From contig CAVQZD010000005.1 in NCBI GenBank assembly GCA_963718375.1, positions 186,614 to 250,613 on the forward strand: 64,000 bases of DNA. The letters are read 5' to 3'. Shown piece after piece: positions 47,235-56,007 of the stretch. How positions within the stretch are numbered: position 1 is the first letter of the stretch; each line of letters opens with the position of its first letter. Made by a program: the position numbers and the translations under genes. Below the pieces are notes generated by a model, which was not told the origin of the DNA, searched no databases, and saw nothing but the letters and a program-made list of their open reading frames with translations. The DNA comes from an uncultured Actinomycetes bacterium (GTDB lineage Bacteria; Actinomycetota; Thermoleophilia; RBG-16-64-13).

Positions 47235-48395
47235 TCAGCTCTCCGGGCTCAGGGACCCAGCGTCGATCGCGGTGTCCTCCACTTGCGCTTCTACGTGCGC
47301 CTTACCAGCGCTGATGTCCTCCATCGCGCCTATGAACGTGTCATTGTCTTGCTTGCTGCCAATGGTAACGCGAATCCAGCCGGGGCAGTCCATCGCATAG
47401 CCCGATCTTGTCAGTATCCCGCGTCTAAGCAGTTCTTGACCTACCTCCGGGCCAGGTATGTCGAATCCCTCAACACCGACCAACAGGAAGTTGGCCTGCC
47501 CGTTGTGGGAGGTGATGCCAAGCTCCTGTAACGCAGCAGCCATCCTCTCCTTTTCGGACGCGATCACAGTTCGGCGCTCCGCCACAAGCTCGGGATGTCT
47601 AAGGGACTCTGCCGCGGCCACCTGGGCCAAAGAGTCGACGTTGAAAGGTTGACGCAGTTTATCCAAAGCCTTCATGAGCTCCGGATCTCCGATGGCATAC
47701 CCTATCCGGAGGCCGGCGAGGCCGTAGATCTTCGAGAAGGTGCGCAATACGACGAGGTTGGTGAAGTCCTTCACCCAGCTCGCGGTCTCCTCATGCAGTG
47801 GTGCAGTCACAAATTCAACATAGGCTTCGTCCAATGCCACCACCACGTCGCCAGGTATTCGCTCCAAGAACGCGCGTATCGAGGCCGTCTGCAGGTAGCC
47901 TCCGGTGGGATTGTTGGGGTTGCATATGAGCAGAAGGCTTGTGTCGGGCGTGATGGCCGCCTCCATCGCCTCGAGATCGAGTTGCAGGCCATCCAACGGG
48001 ACAGCCGTGAATGGACCACCGTGCGCGACCGCTATGGCCCTGTACATGACGAACGATGGGTGCGGGAACACGAAGTGCTGCTCAGGGTTGAGCAGGGCCT
48101 GGCCAAGAAGCATCAGGAGCTCGCAGGACCCGTTACCGAAGCACAAGTGCTCAGAGTCCACACCCAAACGACTAGCCAGAAGCGCCTTGAGACCTGAGCA
48201 AGAGCCGTCGGGGTAGCGGTTCAGATGCTCCAGCGCAGACGCCAGAGCCTCCACTACCTCAGGAAAAGGGCCCCACGCTACCTCGTTGGCCGCCATCTCG
48301 TTGATATGGTCTTGACCATAGCGCTCTCTTATCTCTGCCAAAGAGGGGCCGGCCCGATAGGGCTTCATCTTCTCCAGCGCAGGATCGAACTTCAT
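47235..48395 (-). CDS. hisC: Histidinol-phosphate/aromatic aminotransferase (HisC family) embedded in the aromatic operon
   Basis: Class II aminotransferase motifs: NPNNPTG, the PLP-lysine region (RTFSKIYGLAGLRIGYAIG) and NANEVAWGP. 386 aa. hisC-tyrA-aroA adjacency as in the Bacillus aromatic supraoperon. Confidence 0.85.
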   Translation of the reverse strand: MKFDPALEKMKPYRAGPSLAEIRERYGQDHINEMAANEVAWGPFPEVVEALASALEHLNRYPDGSCSGLKALLASRLGVDSEHLCFGNGSCELLMLLGQALLNPEQHFVFPHPSFVMYRAIAVAHGGPFTAVPLDGLQLDLEAMEAAITPDTSLLLICNPNNPTGGYLQTASIRAFLERIPGDVVVALDEAYVEFVTAPLHEETASWVKDFTNLVVLRTFSKIYGLAGLRIGYAIGDPELMKALDKLRQPFNVDSLAQVAAAESLRHPELVAERRTVIASEKERMAAALQELGITSHNGQANFLLVGVEGFDIPGPEVGQELLRRGILTRSGYAMDCPGWIRVTIGSKQDNDTFIGAMEDISAGKAHVEAQVEDTAIDAGSLSPES

Positions 48396-48448
48396 AGCGT
48401 TGCTCCGCTCGGCAGGATCGACTACAGGAGCAACAAGTATAGAGCACC

Positions 48449-49177
48449 CTAGAGCAGGCCAGCCACGGACCGGAGCTCTCTGAGCTCACCATCCGTAAGT
48501 CGACGCACCTGGCCCATCGCAAGTCCCTCGTCAGTAAGGGATGCGAAGCGCCCCCGATGCAGCGCGATCACCCGATGACCCATCGCATCGAACATGCGTC
48601 GGACCTGACGCTTGCGACCTTCGCGTATCGTGACCGAGATCGTGGTGACGTTACCGTTGTCTCCACTTGGCTCCGACATCCGAGTCACCATAGCAGGCGA
48701 TGTGACCGCTTCCTCCAACTTCACGCCGCGCCGCATGCTCTCCAGGTGCGATTCGGAGACAGCGCCGCGCACTTTGACGACGTACTCCTTTTCCACGTGG
48801 TAGCGAGGATGAAGTAGACGCTCCATCAGTAGTCCGTCGTTCGTGAGCAGCACTAGTCCAGTGCTGTTGAGGTCAAGGCGGCCCACAGGGAACACCCGTG
48901 CCTCGGTGGGAACGTGGTCGGTGACAGTCGGCCTGTTTCGCGCATCCACCACAGCGCTGAGTACCCCCAGTGGCTTGTTCAGCAGCCAATACTCCTTCGG
49001 CTGGATCTCCACCGGCCGCCCGTCCAGATAGACCTGGTCTTCTTCCGGGTCTACCGTAGCTCCCAGTGTGGCTACCTGCTCCCCCACAGCCACACGACCG
49101 GCCCGTATCAACTCTTCGCAGTTGCGCCGAGAACCCAGCCCGGCTTCGGCGAGCAGCTTCTGCAGCCTTACTCTCAC
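48449..49177 (-). CDS. rluB: 23S rRNA pseudouridine synthase (RluB/RsuA family) with an N-terminal S4 domain
   Basis: S4 domain (MRVRLQKLLAEAGLGSRRNCEELIRAGRVAVG) plus the catalytic motif VFPVGRLDLNSTGLVLLTNDG. 242 aa. Confidence 0.9.
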   Translation of the reverse strand: MRVRLQKLLAEAGLGSRRNCEELIRAGRVAVGEQVATLGATVDPEEDQVYLDGRPVEIQPKEYWLLNKPLGVLSAVVDARNRPTVTDHVPTEARVFPVGRLDLNSTGLVLLTNDGLLMERLLHPRYHVEKEYVVKVRGAVSESHLESMRRGVKLEEAVTSPAMVTRMSEPSGDNGNVTTISVTIREGRKRQVRRMFDAMGHRVIALHRGRFASLTDEGLAMGQVRRLTDGELRELRSVAGLL

Positions 49178-49803
49178 TCCGGCGTGGTGAGTAGGCCCAG
49201 TCGGCGTCTGAGTTCCGCCTTGGCATCGTCAGTCAGTTCGAAGTCCTCCAGGGGCGGCAGCGCGCCCAGGTCAGCGAGACCGAACATCGCCTCGAAACGA
49301 CCCGTGGTCGCGTAGAGCACCGCCCCACCCTTGGTCTGCGTGCGTCCGACGTCCTGGATGAGCTGCCTATCCAAAAGACTCCGCATCGGAGAGTCCGAGT
49401 TGACTCCGCGGATCTCCGCGATCTGAGGCCTCGTCACAGGCTGCAGATAGGCGATGATCGCCAGGCATTCAACCGCCGCCGGTGAAAGTCGACCGGCTTC
49501 ACATGGGATCTCGAACAAGGCTTTCACAGCACTTTCGGACAACGGATTCGTCCGAAAGGCCCACCCTCCAGCCAGCCGCACAAGCTCGAAGCCCCTGTCG
49601 CCCTCGGGCGGGAACTCCCTGCCGAGCTCTTCTAGGGTCTGCTCCACAACACGCCGTGCAGAGCCGTCGGTCACCCCAACAGCCTGGAGGATGGTGTCGA
49701 CAGTCAGCGGCTCCCCAGCAGCGAATAGCAGAGCCTCGACGTCTCGCCTGAGATCCGCCAGGCGCAAGCCCGTCGGTGCCTGTGTGGACGTTTCCTCGAT
49801 CAT
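49174..49803 (-). CDS. scpB: Segregation and condensation protein B
   Basis: VEALLFAAGEPLTVDTILQ... winged-helix repeats. scpA-scpB-rluB order as in actinobacteria and Firmicutes. Confidence 0.88.
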   Translation of the reverse strand: MIEETSTQAPTGLRLADLRRDVEALLFAAGEPLTVDTILQAVGVTDGSARRVVEQTLEELGREFPPEGDRGFELVRLAGGWAFRTNPLSESAVKALFEIPCEAGRLSPAAVECLAIIAYLQPVTRPQIAEIRGVNSDSPMRSLLDRQLIQDVGRTQTKGGAVLYATTGRFEAMFGLADLGALPPLEDFELTDDAKAELRRRLGLLTTPE

Positions 49804-50562
49804 GCTCCCTCTCCGCTATGTGTCCCATTACCGCTCTTCACCAGGATATCTCCGAAGACGCGAGCCTGTTGTACCTTTATTTCTCCGCGAGAAAGCATGT
49901 CCAGAAGAGCGAACACTGACAGAGCCTGCACTAGTGGCTGCTCGGCCCCGAACACTTTGTTGAACGAGAAACCGCCCTCTGAGGAAAGAAGACCCTTGAT
50001 AAGGCTGATCTGTCTGCGAAGCTCGACCTTGGTCTCCGCGAGATGGGAGGTGTCTGGGGGCGAGTGGTTGCTCAGCACCCTCTGTAGGCTGTCTCTGAGT
50101 TCGGCAGGATCACCTGTGCCCGCTATGTCCTGCACTGAGGGGAGCATCATTCTCGCTTGACCGAGAGCGCCCCGCATCATGGAGGCGGAGCTGGCCTCAC
50201 CACGCTCGCGAATATGCAGGGCTGCAGCCTTGAACTGGCTGTAGACGAACAGTCTCTCCAGGAGTTGGTCGCGGGCCTGCTCGGGGGTGAGCTCCTCTTC
50301 TTCGAAGGGCAAGAAGGCTTCAGGCAGCAGCATGCGCGACTTGATCTCGATCAGAAGGCTCATGAGCAACAGGAACTCGGTCATGTCGTCCCAATAACCG
50401 ATGACGCCCGCCGCTTCCATGTCCTCCAAATAGGCGGTGATCACCTCCACGAGAGGTACTTCTAGAAGATCGACCTCTTCCCTCATGATCAGCGAGAGGA
50501 GCAGGTCAAACGGGCCCTGGTAGACCTCAAGATCGAGCTCTGGAGATCTCAGGGAGAGTCAC
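49800..50562 (-). CDS. scpA: Segregation and condensation protein A. The N-terminus is probably frameshifted, and the start is uncertain.
   Basis: ORF 49800..50486 begins MREEVDLLEVPLVEVI. In-frame upstream codons read ELDLEVYQGPFDLLLSLI (a typical ScpA N-terminus) with no ATG/GTG. The neighbouring frame holds GTG-TLPEISRARS*, suggesting a single-base indel near 50520-50560. Confidence 0.75.
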
Positions 50563-50597
50563 CTGCCTCGGGGCGTTCGAAACCGGCCATGCAGACT

Positions 50598-51239
50598 CTA
50601 GTAGTTGGTCAGGAACACATCGGCGAGACTGTTGATGACCCCGGCCACCATCCGACCGAACGGCCCCCAGAGGAAGACGATGAAGGCGATCACGAGGATC
50701 ATGCCGTATTGGTCCAGCGCCATCCATCTCTCATACGCGCTCCGCGGAAGGAACGCCCCCAGGATCCTGGAACCGTCCAAGGGAGGAATGGGGACGAGGT
50801 TGAGCAGCCCCAGAACGATGTTTACCTGGAATAGCAGGAACACCAGGTCGAAGGTCCGTCCATCGACCGGCGGATGGGCTGCATTGAGGGCGACTATGGT
50901 GATGATGGCCAGGGCGAAATTCGTGAGCGGTCCGACGACAGCGACCGCCGCCATCCCCCACTGCCGATTCTTGAAGTAGTACGGACTCACGGGTACCGGC
51001 TTCGCGTAACCGAACAAGAAGGTGCCTTGGCTCAGGAGGTAGGTGACGAAGAACATCGCCGTGCCCACCACATCCAGATGCTTGATCGGATTGAAGCTGA
51101 GTCTGCCCGCCCTCTTGGCGGTCGGGTCTCCCAGCTTGTACGCGACGTAACCATGCGCCAGCTCATGGAACATCATGGAGACGAGCAGCACAGGCACCAA
51201 GGTGAGTAGGCCAATAAGCATCTGTGTGTCGAACTTCAT
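50598..51239 (-). CDS. Site-2 protease family (peptidase M50) membrane zinc metalloprotease
   Basis: HExxH in a TM helix (MMFHELAHGYVAYKLGD) and the second ligand motif (LNLVPIPPLDG). 213 aa polytopic membrane protein. Confidence 0.8.
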   Translation of the reverse strand: MKFDTQMLIGLLTLVPVLLVSMMFHELAHGYVAYKLGDPTAKRAGRLSFNPIKHLDVVGTAMFFVTYLLSQGTFLFGYAKPVPVSPYYFKNRQWGMAAVAVVGPLTNFALAIITIVALNAAHPPVDGRTFDLVFLLFQVNIVLGLLNLVPIPPLDGSRILGAFLPRSAYERWMALDQYGMILVIAFIVFLWGPFGRMVAGVINSLADVFLTNY

Positions 51240-53950
51240 CTACCCTTCTCCAGTAGTCCTCGCACCGCATCCAACTCCTCTTCGCGCCCGTGCACTTTCT
51301 CCTCCACACGCAATTCTCGCACGCGCTCCAGTATCCGCCCCACCGCAGGGCCCTTCTTGACCCCCAAGGCCAAGATGTCTTCGCCTCCGACGCTCAGCGT
51401 CCTGAACCTGAGCTCAGTCAAGTAGCGGCGAAGTCGTGCCTCCGCTGACCCCGGTGACATCTTCGCCAAGCCGAAGACAAGGGCCTCGGTGGAGACGTTG
51501 TGCAAGGCCCTATAGATATCCCAATCGCTCATGTTATCGCGTCCCAGGCTGGTATCAAGGTGTGAGCCCAGCACCACGCCTTCTCTGATGACGCCGCTGT
51601 CAGACTGCCTCAGCTTCAATTGCTCCAGCCAGAGGTACAGCTCATCGTGGGGGATTCTGCATGTCATAGCGGCAAGTCGCAGGCGCCAAGGCACGACCTC
51701 GTCGCTTAGGCCCAGCTCTTCCACCAAGGAGTCCACCCTCGTCACCAGCGTGATCGTGGCGTCGTCGGTGGCAAGATTGGGGTGTACTTCCTGCGCAACG
51801 CCCAACTCGCACAGGCGCTTGAGCGACCAACTGACGTCTTGCTCACTGAGCAGGGCCACCAATTCGTGTCGAAGTCTGACGCTCGAAAGGTCCCCCACCA
51901 GGTGCATCTGCACGCAGCTCTTGGCCAGCGCGTGCGTGTGCTCGTCCATGCGAAAACCGTAGCGGTTCTCGTAGCGGACTGCTCGAAATATCCTGGTGGG
52001 GTCTTCGATGAAGCTCAGGTTGTGGAGCACCCTTACCACGCGGCCCCGCAGGTCCCTGTACCCTGCAAAGAAATCCACCACCGTGCCGAAATCGTGGCCG
52101 GACAGCGAGATGGCCATGGCGTTGACCGTGAAATCCCTGCGGAAGAGGTCCTGGCGGATGGAGGCGTGCTCCACCCGCGGTAGCGCGGCCGGATGGTCAT
52201 AGAACTCCGTGCGTGTGGTCGCCACGTCCAAGTGAAAGGGCTCACTGCCGACCCGTAGAGCGGGGGGCGATTCTCCGAGTGCCTTGGGAGGAAGCAGCAC
52301 CACGGCTGTCTTGAACTTCGGATGCGTACGCACCCTTCCTTTGAGCTGCGCCGCTAGTCGCTTGGCGAACTCGATCCCGTCCCCCTCGACGGCGATATCG
52401 ACATCGACGTTCGGTTGATCGAGCAGCAGGTCGCGCACGAACCCGCCCACCAAGTAGACACCGGCGAAGTCATCCGACAGAGCCGAGCATGTGGTGAACA
52501 GATGTCCAAAGAAGGGATGCTCCGCCAAGGCGTCCAGCGCATACACCTGAGGTGAGACAGCGTCTGGCGTCTCCTTCTCCCACTGACCTTGATAGGCCGC
52601 GAGGACGTCGGTGCGAGTCGCAATGCCGATCACTGCTTCTACAAGGGCTGATCCGCTCTTGCTGGCTTCTTCATACGCATCCGCCGTGACTATCGGCACC
52701 CGTCCGACGTTGGTGGTGACCATTATCCGCCGCAGGTCGTCGACCGCGGTGGACGTGTCGGCGAAGGTGATCTTGCGGGTCATGACCCCTTTGACGGGTG
52801 CACCTCCGAGCCCGTGCCGGAGGGCTTTGTCCAGATCACGCCGGGCGACAATACCGACGACACGCCCGCCCTCCCGCACGCAGATGCCTGAGTGCCCGTA
52901 GCGTTGAGCCGTTATGAGAGCGTCAGTGACGGACGTCTCCGCATCGACGAAGCGGACCGGTCGGCTCATGATCTCGCCCGCGGTCGGCACGCCCACCTTC
53001 TCCTCAGCAAGCGCATCCAGAAGTTGTCGCAGCACCTGGGCGCCGTCCGCGTCGTTCACAACTGCCGCCGCCGCCTGCGGGTGACCGCCTCCGCCCACAG
53101 ATCGCACCAACGCAGCCACATCTACCGCCCCGGTACGCGACCGAGCTGTCACGAACACCCGCTTGTCGAAGGTGATAGCCTGCAGCAGAACATCTGCGTT
53201 GATCAGCTCCATCAGTTTGTGCGCGACCACGCTCAGTCCGTCCACGTATTTGGGGAGTTCCAGAGAGACGACGTGCACGTCCCACCCCCGCACTCGCTCG
53301 ACGCGCACAGCGTCCGCCAGGCGCATCAGGACCTCGCGCTGCTCCTCTCCCAGGGCGCTGTGCAGATACCTCTCTATGAGCGCCTGAAAGGCTCCTAGGC
53401 GCATACACGCCGCCAGCATCTCTGCATCCCGTATGGTGGTCCGCGGATAGGTCAGGGACCCCGTATCTTCGTGGATGCCGAGTGCGAAGATGCTCGCCTC
53501 CAGTCTGGAGATCTCAAGACCGCGCTCCAGAAGCAGATACACCATGGAGCTCGACTGCGCGCCGTCCGATGACACGATCCAGTTGCTACCCTTCACGAAC
53601 GGAGGACGAGTCTGGCCCTCCGAGCCGTGGTGGTCCATGATGACAGTCTCAACACCCTCCGCACCGAACAGGCGTCCGAGGTCCCCCAGGCGTCCCGCGT
53701 TCGCAGTGTCGACCACGACCAGCCGCTTGATCTTATCCTGGTCGATCAGCCTCAGGGCTACTATAGGCAGGCTCTCCCCATGAAGCGACACGAACTCTCG
53801 CACGTTCGGATTGAGAGACCCGGTGAGGACGATACGAGATTCGGGGTAGAGCCTCGCAGCGCCCACCGCGGCAGCGAGGGCGTCGAAGTCCGCGTTCTGA
53901 TGGGTGGTGACGACTGTCGCCACCTCCGTAAGTGAGGGCTGAATCGTCAT
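51236..53950 (-). CDS. cca: Multidomain DHH/DHHA1 phosphoesterase, CBS pair and CCA-adding tRNA nucleotidyltransferase (poly(A)-polymerase head domain) fusion protein
   Basis: N-terminal NrnA-like region (THQNADFDALAAA...IMDHHG...GGGGHPQAAAAV). Tandem CBS domains (VRFVDAETSV.../MTRKITFADTSTAV...). Then the pol-beta-type NTase (VYLVGGFVRDLLL..DVDIAV) with its RNA-binding and HD-like domains. Likely ATG at 53950; the longer ORF starts at 54010. Confidence 0.82.
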   Translation of the reverse strand: MTIQPSLTEVATVVTTHQNADFDALAAAVGAARLYPESRIVLTGSLNPNVREFVSLHGESLPIVALRLIDQDKIKRLVVVDTANAGRLGDLGRLFGAEGVETVIMDHHGSEGQTRPPFVKGSNWIVSSDGAQSSSMVYLLLERGLEISRLEASIFALGIHEDTGSLTYPRTTIRDAEMLAACMRLGAFQALIERYLHSALGEEQREVLMRLADAVRVERVRGWDVHVVSLELPKYVDGLSVVAHKLMELINADVLLQAITFDKRVFVTARSRTGAVDVAALVRSVGGGGHPQAAAAVVNDADGAQVLRQLLDALAEEKVGVPTAGEIMSRPVRFVDAETSVTDALITAQRYGHSGICVREGGRVVGIVARRDLDKALRHGLGGAPVKGVMTRKITFADTSTAVDDLRRIMVTTNVGRVPIVTADAYEEASKSGSALVEAVIGIATRTDVLAAYQGQWEKETPDAVSPQVYALDALAEHPFFGHLFTTCSALSDDFAGVYLVGGFVRDLLLDQPNVDVDIAVEGDGIEFAKRLAAQLKGRVRTHPKFKTAVVLLPPKALGESPPALRVGSEPFHLDVATTRTEFYDHPAALPRVEHASIRQDLFRRDFTVNAMAISLSGHDFGTVVDFFAGYRDLRGRVVRVLHNLSFIEDPTRIFRAVRYENRYGFRMDEHTHALAKSCVQMHLVGDLSSVRLRHELVALLSEQDVSWSLKRLCELGVAQEVHPNLATDDATITLVTRVDSLVEELGLSDEVVPWRLRLAAMTCRIPHDELYLWLEQLKLRQSDSGVIREGVVLGSHLDTSLGRDNMSDWDIYRALHNVSTEALVFGLAKMSPGSAEARLRRYLTELRFRTLSVGGEDILALGVKKGPAVGRILERVRELRVEEKVHGREEELDAVRGLLEKGR

Positions 53951-53987
53951 GCGCTCTAGTATAGCCGCGAAGAACCAGAGAGCGTGT

Positions 53988-54659
53988 CTAAGTCCAAGCC
54001 CGGCACACAACCCGGACCGCCTCCGTCAAGGCGTCCCGCGTGCGTCCCGCTGTCTCCAGAACCTCCGCGTGCGCCACTTCACCCACGTTCGTGACCGCCA
54101 CGAGAACGGCACTCCGCATGCCCTCGGAGAGGGCCGCGCGCAACTCCCCAGAAGGGCTCATGCTCACCGTGTCTACTCCTGCCGACCTCAACATCTCGAG
54201 CTCTGCACTGGTCTCGTATTGAGGGCCCGGGACGCAGGCGTGGACGAACCCCTTGGCCCCGCCGCACCCGAGCGTCGCGGGCTCGGACATAGCGGCTCGC
54301 GTCTCTATGTCAGTCGCTTCCAGAAGGGGCGGCCTGCCGTCGAGTCCCCGATGCTGCAGGTCTACAACCGCTTCCGCCAGCACGACTTGCCCCGGCAACA
54401 CTGCAGGAGAGACACCTCCGGCCGAAGTGGTCAGGATGATGTTTCGCACACCCCATGCAGACAGAGACTGGATGGGCATCTGCACCTCACTCAGGTCTGC
54501 CCCTTCGTACTCGTGGACTCTGCCCCGCAGCACCGCCAGACGCAGGCCCTCCAAGCAGGTCACCGACAACCGACAAGGGTGGCCTGGGATCTCGCTCCCC
54601 CGCCAGTGAGGCACTTGCTCGAACGTGACCTCACACTCCGGGGTCTCCGTCGAGCGCAA
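53988..54659 (-). CDS. punA: Purine nucleoside phosphorylase (PunA/DeoD-II family). The N-terminal ~30 codons lie in the upstream deoB frame, so it is frameshifted or fused here.
   Basis: SEIPGHPCRLSVTCLEGLRLAVLRGRVHEYEG...ILTTSAGGV...VLVAVTNVGE matches PNP from about residue 35. The missing N-terminus (IASTWLQAHLGATPDVAVVLGSGL) is encoded in frame with the end of the deoB ORF. Confidence 0.78.
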   Translation of the reverse strand: MRSTETPECEVTFEQVPHWRGSEIPGHPCRLSVTCLEGLRLAVLRGRVHEYEGADLSEVQMPIQSLSAWGVRNIILTTSAGGVSPAVLPGQVVLAEAVVDLQHRGLDGRPPLLEATDIETRAAMSEPATLGCGGAKGFVHACVPGPQYETSAELEMLRSAGVDTVSMSPSGELRAALSEGMRSAVLVAVTNVGEVAHAEVLETAGRTRDALTEAVRVVCRAWT

Positions 54660-56004
54660 GGGAAAGACCGGAGCCCAGGACGACGGCCACGTCAGGTGTG
54701 GCGCCCAGGTGGGCTTGCAGCCAGGTACTCGCGATCTTGGCCTCAGTCGGGCCGACCCGGCCCGGCGCCCCCGCGACCGTGCCTGCCTGCGGCGGCTGGG
54801 TAGACGTGTATGCTCTCCAACCGCGCTCAGGGGCGAGTCTCAACAGTGACCTGCCGGCCAGGTCAGCCACGTGCCCGGTCAGATACTCGAACGTGAACGC
54901 ACCGGCGTCTGCGAACGCGCCCTCATATACAGCGTCCGGGCATGCTTCGGGTCTCGGATAGACCAGCACCGGGACGTACTCCCGGCTGTGGTCAGTCCCC
55001 GGCGTGGTCGGGTCGACACCATGGTCGGCGGTGACTACAAGTCTGTCCTCCGCACCAAGAGCGTCCGCTATTCTCCTTAGCCCGGCATCGGCAACGGTCA
55101 GTCCTCTAGCGAACGCCTCAACATCGTTCCGGTGCCCCCAGGCAGTGTCGAAATCCACCAGGTTCGAGAATACCAGGGTGTCACGACCATCCCCGGGGTC
55201 TCCCCCCTGCGCAAGTTCCTCGAGCAGAGCAAGGTTGTCTTCGTTAGTCCCCACCTTCTGACTGACATCGATGCCTCGGTGGCCGAATAGATCCGCGATC
55301 TTGCCCAGGGCCAAGACCTGGACCCCTGTCGACTGCAGCCTGTCCAAATACGTGGGACCCGGAGGGCGGACAGAGTAGTCCTTGCGGTCTTGGGTCCGTA
55401 CGTAGTGACCTGACTCCCCCGAAAAGGGTCTCGCGATCACCCGTGCCACCATGTGCGGCCCGACCAGCAAGCCGCGTGCAACCTCGCACCACTCGTACAA
55501 AACGCTCAGAGGGACCACGTCGACATGCGCAGCTATCTGGAACACGCTATCAGTCGACGTGTACACGATAGGATTGCCGGTCAAGCGGTGCTCGTCGCCA
55601 AGTCGGGTGATGATCTCGGTGCCTGAGGCGGTGTGATTGCCCAGTACTCCCCTTCCGATCTCCAGGGAGAAAGCTTCGATGATGTCCCACGGAAAGCCAT
55701 CCGGGTACGTTGGGAAGGGGCGCGAGGTTACCAGCCCCATCTGCTCCCAGTGCCCCACGGTCGAGTCCTTACCCAGAGAGACGGTCGCGAGCCTGCCCAC
55801 GAAGCCGGCCGGCCGCGCCGCGGGAGGCACGCCTGTCAACGGCGCGATGTTCCCAAGCCCCAGACGTTGAAGGAAGGGCACATCCAGAGCGACGGCCCTA
55901 CTGATGTTGCCCAGAGTATCCGCGTCCTCGTCGCCATACTCGTGAGCGTCCGGCAAGGCGCCGATGCCCACGCCGTCCAAGACCACGTATATGACCCGCC
56001 GCAC
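54631..56004 (-). CDS. deoB: Phosphopentomutase DeoB. The ORF runs ~45 codons past the expected C-terminus into the punA N-terminus.
   Basis: MRRVIYVVLDGVGIGALPDA...LGNHTASGT...VYTSTDSVFQIAAHVD...VFSNLVDFDTAWGHRND...VTADHG matches alkaline-phosphatase-superfamily DeoB. The expected end is near FADAGAFTFEYL...LAGRSLL, but no stop occurs until 54631. Confidence 0.82.
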   Translation of the reverse strand: MRRVIYVVLDGVGIGALPDAHEYGDEDADTLGNISRAVALDVPFLQRLGLGNIAPLTGVPPAARPAGFVGRLATVSLGKDSTVGHWEQMGLVTSRPFPTYPDGFPWDIIEAFSLEIGRGVLGNHTASGTEIITRLGDEHRLTGNPIVYTSTDSVFQIAAHVDVVPLSVLYEWCEVARGLLVGPHMVARVIARPFSGESGHYVRTQDRKDYSVRPPGPTYLDRLQSTGVQVLALGKIADLFGHRGIDVSQKVGTNEDNLALLEELAQGGDPGDGRDTLVFSNLVDFDTAWGHRNDVEAFARGLTVADAGLRRIADALGAEDRLVVTADHGVDPTTPGTDHSREYVPVLVYPRPEACPDAVYEGAFADAGAFTFEYLTGHVADLAGRSLLRLAPERGWRAYTSTQPPQAGTVAGAPGRVGPTEAKIASTWLQAHLGATPDVAVVLGSGLSLALDGDPGV

Positions 56005-56007
56005 GAT

